Shown: piece by piece, positions 57,080 to 64,000 of the stretch
Numbering within the stretch: the stretch's first letter is position 1
Layout: every line of letters begins with the position of its first letter
Source: Gemmatimonadota bacterium
GTDB taxonomy: Bacteria > Gemmatimonadota > Gemmatimonadetes > Gemmatimonadales > GWC2-71-9
NCBI GenBank assembly: GCA_039587315.1
Contig: JBDHIS010000004.1
Coordinates: forward strand, 32,144-96,143
Reading direction: 5' to 3'
Length of the DNA stretch: 64,000 nt
Made by a program: the position numbers and the translations under genes
The notes under the pieces: generated by a model
Databases searched by the model: none
What the model was told of the DNA's origin: nothing
The model's input: the letters and a program-made list of their open reading frames with translations, nothing else

Positions 57080-59602
57080 ATGGCGCCTCCTCCAGAGCCC
57101 GGATCGGATCGTCTAACCGCATACCGGGCAAAGCGTTCTGCGGACCGCACTCCGGAGCCTGCCGGCACCGTATCGGAACAGGCGGGCCGGCTCTTCGTGG
57201 TGCACAAGCACGCTGCCACACGGCTCCACTTCGACCTGCGCCTCGAGATGAACGGGGTGCTGGAGTCGTGGGCCGTCCCGAAGGGGCCTTCCAGGAATCC
57301 CAAGGACAAACGGTTGGCGGTGAAGGTCGAGGACCATCCGCTGGAGTACGGTGACTTCGAGGGCGTGATCCCCGAGGGCAACTACGGCGCGGGCGCTGTC
57401 GTCCTGTGGGACCGCGGCGTGTGGGTGCCGGTGGAGGACATGGACGAGGGCTTCGAGAAGGGGAAGCTTCTCTTCGAGCTCCGCGGCTACAAGCTGCGCG
57501 GGCGCTGGACGCTCGTGAAGATCAAGAAGAGCGAGAAGGAGTGGCTGCTGATCAAGGAGCGCGACTCCCTCGTGGCGGAGGAGGGCGACGAGTTCCCGCA
57601 GGACTCGGTGCTGTCGGGGCTCACCGTGGAGCAGCTCAAGGAGGGTGTGCATCCGGCGGAGTCACTAATCGGCGAGCTGGAGGGGGCCGGCGCCAAGCGG
57701 CGCCGCGTAGACGCCACCGAGGTGAAGCCGATGCTGGCGGACACGCGTGAGAAACCGTTCTCGAAGCCCGGCTGGATCTTCGAGATCAAGTACGACGGCT
57801 ATCGCATGATCGCCGGGCTCGACCAGGGCGAGGCCAGCCTGACCACGCGGAACGGGCACGACGCGACGCACGCCTTCCCCGAAGTCATTCGCGCGCTCGA
57901 GGCGCTGCCGTTCGAGCGGCTGGTGCTGGACGGGGAAGTCGTCGTACACGACGAGGCCGGGCGCCCCAGCTTCGGTCGGCTGCAGAAGCGCGCTCGGCTT
58001 ACGCGGCCCGCCGACATCCGGAGAGCATCCATCGAGCTCCCCGCCACGCTCTATCTCTTCGACCTGCTCGGACTCGAAGGCCACGACGTGCGCCGGGTGC
58101 CTCTCGTGGAGCGCAAGGCTGCGCTGCAGCGGGTGCTCCCATCCGTGGGGCCGCTGCGCTACTCGGATCACGTCGAGGAGCACGGCGCGCCCTTCTTCGA
58201 CGGCGTGCGCGAGATGGCGCTAGAGGGGATGATCGCCAAGAAGGCGGACAGCCCGTACCGCTCCGGGCGTTCGCCGAGCTGGATAAAGGTGCGCGCCGAT
58301 CGGACCGGCGACTTCGTGGTCGTGGGCTTCACGCGGCCGAAGGGGTCGCGCGGAGGGTTCGGCGCCCTGCACCTGGCGGCGTACGAAGGCCGCGAGCTCA
58401 TCTACGTGGGCCGGGCGGGCAGCGGGTTCACCACCGCGCAACTCGAGCAGGTTCGCGAGGCGCTGGATTCGCTCACCCGCGAGGCGCCGCCTTGCCGCGG
58501 GGCACCTGGTGGAGCGCAGCACACTTGGGTGGACCCCGAGATAGTGTGCGAGGTGCGTTACCGGGAGTGGACCGAAGAGGGGCTGCTGCGCCACCCGGTC
58601 TTCCTGCGCTTCCGCGACGACAAGCCGGCACGGGAATGCGAGCACCCAGGGACGGGAAAGAGGGAAGAGGGAAGTGACGAGTTCCCGGAAGCGGCTGCCT
58701 CCGAGGCAGCTCCGCCCGACCTCAAGCTCACGAACCTCGACAAGACGTTCTGGCCCGAGGAAGGCTACACCAAGGGCGACCTGCTCGAGTACTACCGAGC
58801 CATCGCCCCCTGGATCCTCCCTTACCTGTCCGATCGGCCCGTCGTGATGACCCGCTTTCCCGACGGGATCGAAGGCAAGTCGTTCTTCCAGAAGGACGCG
58901 CCGGGGTTCGCGCCCGACTGGATCAGGCGGGAGCAGATGTGGAACGAGGATACAGGGCGCGAGCTCAACTACTTCGTAGCTGATGACGAGGCTTCGCTGC
59001 TCTACATCGTGAACCTCGGCTCCATCCCGTTGCACGTTTGGGCAAGCCGGGCCGGGTCGCTGGAGCACCCCGACTGGTGCATCCTCGATCTGGATCCCAA
59101 GGAAGCGCCGTTCAAGCACGTCGTGAAGATCGCCCGGTTCCTGCGCAAGTTGTGCGATGAGATCGAGCTTCCCAGCTTCGTGAAGACGAGCGGGAGGTCC
59201 GGCCTCCACGTGATGCTCCCGCTGGGACGCCAGATGACGCACGAGCAGTCGCGGACCCTCGGTGAGCTGCTGGCCCGGGTCGTAGCCGCCGAGCTTCCCG
59301 AGATCGCCACGATCGCGCGGCTGCCGGCGCAGCGGGAGGGCAAGGTATACGTGGACTACCTGCAGAACGGGCACGGCAAGCTCCTCGTATCACCCTTCTG
59401 CGTGCGACCCTATCCGGGTGCGCGAGTTTCCATGCCGCTGCGGTGGAGCGAGGTGAACTCCAAGCTGGACCTGGCCAAGTACACTATCCAGAACGCGCCC
59501 TCGCGCATGAAGCGTCTGGGTGAGGATCCGTTGCTACCCGTGCTGTCCACCAAGCCCGATCTGGGAGCTGCGCTGGGGCGGCTGCAGGGGAAGCTCGGCT
59601 AG
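57080..59602 (+). CDS. ligD: DNA ligase D (phosphoesterase-ligase-polymerase)
   Basis: PE domain (YRAKR..TPEP, HAATRLHFDLRLE, SWAVPKGP), ligase EIKYDGYR and EGMIAKK, OB fold, polymerase domain (FFQKD, DLDP, KTSGRSGLHV, VDYLQN). Confidence 0.97.
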   Translation: MAPPPEPGSDRLTAYRAKRSADRTPEPAGTVSEQAGRLFVVHKHAATRLHFDLRLEMNGVLESWAVPKGPSRNPKDKRLAVKVEDHPLEYGDFEGVIPEGNYGAGAVVLWDRGVWVPVEDMDEGFEKGKLLFELRGYKLRGRWTLVKIKKSEKEWLLIKERDSLVAEEGDEFPQDSVLSGLTVEQLKEGVHPAESLIGELEGAGAKRRRVDATEVKPMLADTREKPFSKPGWIFEIKYDGYRMIAGLDQGEASLTTRNGHDATHAFPEVIRALEALPFERLVLDGEVVVHDEAGRPSFGRLQKRARLTRPADIRRASIELPATLYLFDLLGLEGHDVRRVPLVERKAALQRVLPSVGPLRYSDHVEEHGAPFFDGVREMALEGMIAKKADSPYRSGRSPSWIKVRADRTGDFVVVGFTRPKGSRGGFGALHLAAYEGRELIYVGRAGSGFTTAQLEQVREALDSLTREAPPCRGAPGGAQHTWVDPEIVCEVRYREWTEEGLLRHPVFLRFRDDKPARECEHPGTGKREEGSDEFPEAAASEAAPPDLKLTNLDKTFWPEEGYTKGDLLEYYRAIAPWILPYLSDRPVVMTRFPDGIEGKSFFQKDAPGFAPDWIRREQMWNEDTGRELNYFVADDEASLLYIVNLGSIPLHVWASRAGSLEHPDWCILDLDPKEAPFKHVVKIARFLRKLCDEIELPSFVKTSGRSGLHVMLPLGRQMTHEQSRTLGELLARVVAAELPEIATIARLPAQREGKVYVDYLQNGHGKLLVSPFCVRPYPGARVSMPLRWSEVNSKLDLAKYTIQNAPSRMKRLGEDPLLPVLSTKPDLGAALGRLQGKLG

Positions 59603-60259
59603 GTGGAATCCGGATTCGAGGTGCCGGGTGCAGGAAGTGTCTCTGCCCTCCTCGTGCGGCCCGACGATGCGCGGTGGTTGTACGTGGTGGCCCACGGCGC
59701 GGGCGCCGGGATGCGGCACCCGTTCATGGAGCGCGTCGCCGTGGCTTTGGCGGGGAAGGGGATCGCCACGTTCCGCTACCAGTTTCCCTATATGGAGCAG
59801 GGGAAGAGGCGGCCCGATCCGCCGGCCGTCGCGACCGAGACCGTGCGAGCGGCTGTCGATGCGGCGCGTGACGCGGCACCCGGTATGCGGCTCATCGCCG
59901 GCGGCAAGTCGTTCGGGGGTCGGATGACATCCACCGCGCAGGCTGAAGAGCCGCTGCCTGGAGTGCGGGGACTCGCCTTCCTGGGGTTCCCGCTTCACCC
60001 TCCAGGGAGACCGGGCACAGGGAGAGCAACGCACCTCGAGCAGGTCCGCATCCCGATGTTGTTTCTGCAGGGGACGCGTGACACGTTTGTAGGTCTGGAC
60101 TTGCTGACACCGCTGTGCGACGGGCTCGCCCAGGCCACGCTGCACGTCGTTGAAGGCGGCGACCACTCATTCAAGGTGCCGAAGCGATCGGGGCGCACCG
60201 AGGAGGATGTGATGGAGGAGCTCGCCGGGACGATCGCAGACTGGACTGAAAAGCCATGA
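59603..60259 (+). CDS. Alpha/beta hydrolase (KANSL3/dienelactone hydrolase-like)
   Basis: AHGAGAG, GGKSFGGR nucleophile elbow, GFPLHP, QGTRDTF, GGDHSF; GTG immediately after the ligD stop. Confidence 0.9.
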   Translation: MESGFEVPGAGSVSALLVRPDDARWLYVVAHGAGAGMRHPFMERVAVALAGKGIATFRYQFPYMEQGKRRPDPPAVATETVRAAVDAARDAAPGMRLIAGGKSFGGRMTSTAQAEEPLPGVRGLAFLGFPLHPPGRPGTGRATHLEQVRIPMLFLQGTRDTFVGLDLLTPLCDGLAQATLHVVEGGDHSFKVPKRSGRTEEDVMEELAGTIADWTEKP

Positions 60260-60266
60260 GGTCGTG

Positions 60267-60683
60267 ATGCCGAACTATTGGATCCTCAAGACAGAGCCCA
60301 CCACCTACAGTTACGGCGACCTGGTCCGCGACAAGAGCACCGCGTGGGACGGGGTGAAGAACAACCTCGCCCTCAAACACATCAAACAGATGAGCCCCGG
60401 CGACGAGGCCCTCATCTATCACTCGGGCAAGGAAAAAGCCGCGGTCGGCCTGGCCCGAATCAAATCCGTAGCGTATCCGGACCCCGGCGCCAACGACCCG
60501 AAGCTCTTTGTGATGGACATCGAAGCGGCCGGCGGGCTGTCCCGTCCCGTGACGCTCAAGGAGATCAAGGCGGATCCCGCCTTCAAGGACCTCGCGCTGG
60601 TGCGGATGCCGCGGTTGTCGGTGGTCCCGGCTACTGCGGCGCAGTGGAAGCGCCTGCTGAAGTTGGCGGGTAGCCCAGACTAG
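60267..60683 (+). CDS. EVE domain protein
   Basis: YWILKTEP..YSY.DL, WDGVKNNLA, MSPGDEALIYHSG, YPDP, RMPRLSVVP. Confidence 0.93.
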   Translation: MPNYWILKTEPTTYSYGDLVRDKSTAWDGVKNNLALKHIKQMSPGDEALIYHSGKEKAAVGLARIKSVAYPDPGANDPKLFVMDIEAAGGLSRPVTLKEIKADPAFKDLALVRMPRLSVVPATAAQWKRLLKLAGSPD

Positions 60684-61378
60684 ACCGGCAGCAACTCCTC
60701 GAAGCGGCGCGCCAGCGCCGGGCCGGCGCCGGCGTCCTCGTGCTTGAAGAACACGAATGCCTGCTCCCAGGGCTGGCTCGTGATTCGGGCCGCCCACTCG
60801 CGCAGAGCGTCGTCGTCGTAGGCTTCGCGGCGCAGCCGCACGTAACCGATGTTCCCGGTCGGAACGAGCGGGGTCTCGCCGTCGTCCGTGTCGGCGATGC
60901 AGAGCGCCGCGCCCTTGGAGCGGAGCGCCTCGTACACCGCTTCATCGAACCACGACTGGTGCCGAAACTCGAACGCTGCGGGCCAGCCCTTCGGTAGCAG
61001 GTCGAGAAACTCCCCTAGCCGTTCCAGATCCTGCTTCATGTTGGGAGGCAGTTGAAACAACATCGCACCCAGCTTGGCGCCCAGAACCGACGCGTTGTTC
61101 ACGAGGTACGAGAGCGGGTCGTCGACGTTCTTCAGTCGCTGCATGTGCGTGATGCGGCGGGAGGCCTTGAGTACGAAGCGGAAGCCATCTGGAACGCGCT
61201 CCCCCCATTGAACGAGCACCTTCTCGGACGGCATGCGGTAGAACGTGTTGTTGATCTCTACGGTGCGAAACTGCTCGCCGTAGAAGCGAAGCATGTCATC
61301 GCTGGCCAGGTCCTCAGGGTAGAAGCTGCCCTTCCACTCCTTGTAGGAGTATCCGCTCGTGCCGGTTAGTACCTGCAT
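60680..61378 (-). CDS. DUF72 domain protein
   Basis: ATG 61378; GTSGYSYKEWKGSFYP, TVEINNTFYRMP, FVLKASRRITH, LFQLPP, AFEFRHQSW, YVRLR, VFFKHE. Confidence 0.93.
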   Translation of the reverse strand: MQVLTGTSGYSYKEWKGSFYPEDLASDDMLRFYGEQFRTVEINNTFYRMPSEKVLVQWGERVPDGFRFVLKASRRITHMQRLKNVDDPLSYLVNNASVLGAKLGAMLFQLPPNMKQDLERLGEFLDLLPKGWPAAFEFRHQSWFDEAVYEALRSKGAALCIADTDDGETPLVPTGNIGYVRLRREAYDDDALREWAARITSQPWEQAFVFFKHEDAGAGPALARRFEELLPV

Positions 61379-61513
61379 CGCAAATCCCGGGAGGTGGTGG
61401 AAGCCGTATTGTCCGCCCCGGCTGGAAGGAATGCAAGGGCACGATGCGTGCGGCTTGCCGAAGCGGTTGATTCGGGCATACTTGTGACGGGAAGTCTTCA
61501 CGTGAGCAAAGCC

Positions 61514-63181
61514 ATGTCGCACCGCCTCAATCGTTTCGACGGATTGTTGGTCGCCGCCGGCGTCGCCGGCCTCGCGGCCTTCCTGCTGCTGTATGCCAGC
61601 GCGAGCCCGCAGGCCGCGGTGACGCTCGACGTCACACGCGAGGAAGCTCTCGCTACGGCCAGGGATTACCTCGATGCCCGGGGAGCCGAACTCGACGGCT
61701 TCAAGGGAGCCGTTCAGTTCACAGGTAACAACGTCGGCCTCGTGTTCCTGCAGCGCACCCTTGGGTTGGACGAAGCCAGCCGCTGGGCACGTGAGGAAGT
61801 GCCCATCTGGTCGTGGATCATGAGGTGGTTCGAGCCCGGGGAGAAGGAGGAGTGGCAGGTTCGGGTTGCGGTGGACGGAACAGTAGTGGGGCTCGCGCAC
61901 CTGGTCGAGGAAGCTGCGGCCGGTTCCGACCTGGAGCAGGACTCGGCGCAGGTGATTGCCGAGGCCTTCGTGGCGGACCGGGGATGGGACCTCGAGACGC
62001 TGGAGATGGTTGAGGCGTCCAGCGAGAAGCTGGACAACCGGACCGACCACCACTTCTCGTGGGAGAAGACGGGGTCCTCCGTGGCTTGGCAACCTGACGA
62101 AGACGAGACCGGGACGGGCTCGGTGCGGGTGCTAGTGGACCTGCAGGGCGACGAGGTGGGTCGCTACCGCCACTACATGCACGTGCCGGAGGACTTCCAG
62201 CGTGATCTCGAGGGAGCGGGCAGCATGGGCACGGTATTGGCGGTGGGGAGCCTTGCCCTCACGTTGGTGCTGCTTCTCGCGGCGCTGGGCGTCACGATAG
62301 TCCGATACCGCGCCGACGACATCCGTTGGGGGCCGGCCCTGCGGGTTGCGGCATTGGTGTCTCTCTTGATGGTCGTTCAAGGGGTCTTGTTGTGGCCCAA
62401 CGCCAAGTTCAACTACGCAACGGAGATCGACTGGGTCGCCTTCATCGGCCTGTTGTTGATCGGTCTCCTCGTGGTCGGTGTGATCTACGGTGTATGGGTT
62501 CTGTTCACCGCCGCGGCGGGTGAGTCGCTGGCGCGGGAGACGTTCCCTGACAGTCTCACCGGATACGAGGATGCGGCGCGAGGACGGCTGTTGAGCCCGA
62601 GTGTCGCGGTGGCCAGCCTGCGCGGCTACGCCCTGGGGTTCCTGATACTGGGATACCTCACGGTGTTCTATGTGCTGGCCAGGAAGTATTTTGGTGCGTG
62701 GTTGCCTGCCGAGGGGCCGTACTCCGAGATCTTCAACAGCTACCTCCCGTTCCTGGCCCCGCTCACGGTGAGCCTGGTCGCGGCGCTGACCGAGGAGCTC
62801 ACCTATCGCCTCTTCGGCATCTCGCTGTTCAAGAAGTACCTGAAGTCCACCGCCGTCGCGCTGCTCATCCCGGCGGTGATCTGGGCCTTCGCACACTCCA
62901 ACTACCCTGTCTTCCCCGTGTACATGCGGGGCATCGAGCTCACCATCGGCGGGCTCATATTCGGGATCGGGTTCCTTCGTCTCGGTCTGCTCGCGTGCGT
63001 GATCGCGCACTTCGTGATTGACGCGGTGATCATTGGCATGCCGCTCCTCTCGTCGGGGAACACGGCCTACGTGATCTCGGGTGCCATCGTGATGGGGATC
63101 GCCCTGCTGCCGGCGGTCCTGGGGCTCGCCGCCCGCGCGCGTGCACCTGGCGCCGTAGGTGCGCCGCCGGCGGCGGGCTGA
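61514..63181 (+). CDS. CPBP-family intramembrane protease with a large extracytoplasmic N-terminal domain
   Basis: ATG 61514; TM, about 220-aa soluble domain, multiple TM, ALTEELTYRLF, IWAFAHSNY, IAHFVID. Confidence 0.88.
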   Translation: MSHRLNRFDGLLVAAGVAGLAAFLLLYASASPQAAVTLDVTREEALATARDYLDARGAELDGFKGAVQFTGNNVGLVFLQRTLGLDEASRWAREEVPIWSWIMRWFEPGEKEEWQVRVAVDGTVVGLAHLVEEAAAGSDLEQDSAQVIAEAFVADRGWDLETLEMVEASSEKLDNRTDHHFSWEKTGSSVAWQPDEDETGTGSVRVLVDLQGDEVGRYRHYMHVPEDFQRDLEGAGSMGTVLAVGSLALTLVLLLAALGVTIVRYRADDIRWGPALRVAALVSLLMVVQGVLLWPNAKFNYATEIDWVAFIGLLLIGLLVVGVIYGVWVLFTAAAGESLARETFPDSLTGYEDAARGRLLSPSVAVASLRGYALGFLILGYLTVFYVLARKYFGAWLPAEGPYSEIFNSYLPFLAPLTVSLVAALTEELTYRLFGISLFKKYLKSTAVALLIPAVIWAFAHSNYPVFPVYMRGIELTIGGLIFGIGFLRLGLLACVIAHFVIDAVIIGMPLLSSGNTAYVISGAIVMGIALLPAVLGLAARARAPGAVGAPPAAG

Positions 63182-63186
63182 GCGTC

Positions 63187-64000
63187 GTGGCTGAGCGACC
63201 CTCCGCCGTGCTGCGGCGCCTGGAGCGCCTCAAGGACGACTTCGGCGGCGAGATCCCCGGCCGCAGGCTCGAGCTGCTGCGCGCTCTGGAGCGGCGCCGG
63301 CTCGAGAGCGCTGGGCACGTACTGCGGCTCCACGAGTTGCTCTGCTTCAGCCGGGCATATCCCGACGACGCGCCGGTTCTCTCACAGGTCGAGCGCATGC
63401 TCGATGGTTTCGAGAGGCGCGGGGACCTCAGGCGCTTCCGCACCGCGCTCGCCGACTCGGGGATAGCGGGCACGGCCATCAATTACTCCTTCTTCTGGTT
63501 CACGGCCGAGTGGCTGGCGCGACGCTGGCCGAAGGACCTGACCATTGATTGGCCGCTGTTCGCCGGCAAGGAGAAGCTGCAGGAGCTGCTGCACCTGCTG
63601 CTGCCCTACACCGAGACCCTGACCGTGGATGAGCTCGGCTTCTCCTCGCGCGAGTGGATCACGCTGCTCAAAGGGCCGACCCAGACCGATGCCGAGTTCC
63701 TGATCCGGCGCTTCGCCGCTCTCCGGTCTGACGCGTTTGTGCGCGAGACCGTCTACGAGCTACTCGACGTACCGGTTCGCATCGCTCCCGGACGCGACAC
63801 CCCGTCGCGTACGAAGGCGCGGTACGACGGCCTGCCCGCCGTATTCCAGACCGGTCCACTCTCGCGGGGGCGACCGAACCTGCGGCGCGAGGTGGAGCGG
63901 CCTCCGGTCGCCGTGCGCCCGGTGTCGCCGCGCGAGGGACAGCACCTGGTGGACCTCGCTCGCGAGGCGATGGTCACCCGCAGCCGCGACCTCGACATCT
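63187..64000 (+). CDS. Hypothetical protein, truncated by window end
   Basis: GTG 63187, 5 nt after the previous stop; open frame MAERPSAVLRRLERLKDDF..LHELLCFSRAYPDD..LADSGIAGT..AREAMVTRSRDLD running to the edge; absent from the ORF track because it has no stop. Confidence 0.8.
   Translation, partial: MAERPSAVLRRLERLKDDFGGEIPGRRLELLRALERRRLESAGHVLRLHELLCFSRAYPDDAPVLSQVERMLDGFERRGDLRRFRTALADSGIAGTAINYSFFWFTAEWLARRWPKDLTIDWPLFAGKEKLQELLHLLLPYTETLTVDELGFSSREWITLLKGPTQTDAEFLIRRFAALRSDAFVRETVYELLDVPVRIAPGRDTPSRTKARYDGLPAVFQTGPLSRGRPNLRREVERPPVAVRPVSPREGQHLVDLAREAMVTRSRDLDI

Overview
High-GC bacterial chromosome segment, gene-dense, with about 53 protein genes and one tRNA-Lys(CTT). The gene content (many Hanks-type Ser/Thr kinases, Omp85, FadL-like and other beta-barrels, lipoproteins, OPT and NTT transporters) indicates a diderm organism; a Gemmatimonadota-like origin is my inference, not a database result. 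I saw no CRISPR array, integrase, transposase or phage genes. In order: a truncated TonB-dependent receptor, tRNA-Lys, a MacAB-like operon without ATPase, several envelope genes, two Ser/Thr kinases, an ABC-2 transporter, an unknown membrane/vWA operon, a Spy-like protein plus a selenocysteine peroxiredoxin (in-frame TGA with a SECIS-like hairpin, split in the ORF track), a FadL/OPT/S9 peptide-use operon, a NarL-type two-component system followed by a candidate sRNA, two tandem secreted CotH-like kinases, a Crp regulator, a molybdopterin oxidoreductase-cysteine desulfurase fusion, and an NHEJ locus (ku, ligD). The best candidate for an undescribed system is 42.8-56.0 kb. It holds two NTT/TLC (ATP/ADP translocase family) carriers, a signal-peptide-bearing protein with atypical kinase motifs whose gene overlaps an Omp85 barrel gene, HtrA, and two paralogous membrane Ser/Thr kinases. 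This suggests nucleotide delivery for phosphorylation outside the cytoplasm. All family calls come from motif recognition by eye, no searches were run, and many start codons were moved from the ORF track using RBS and signal-peptide context.
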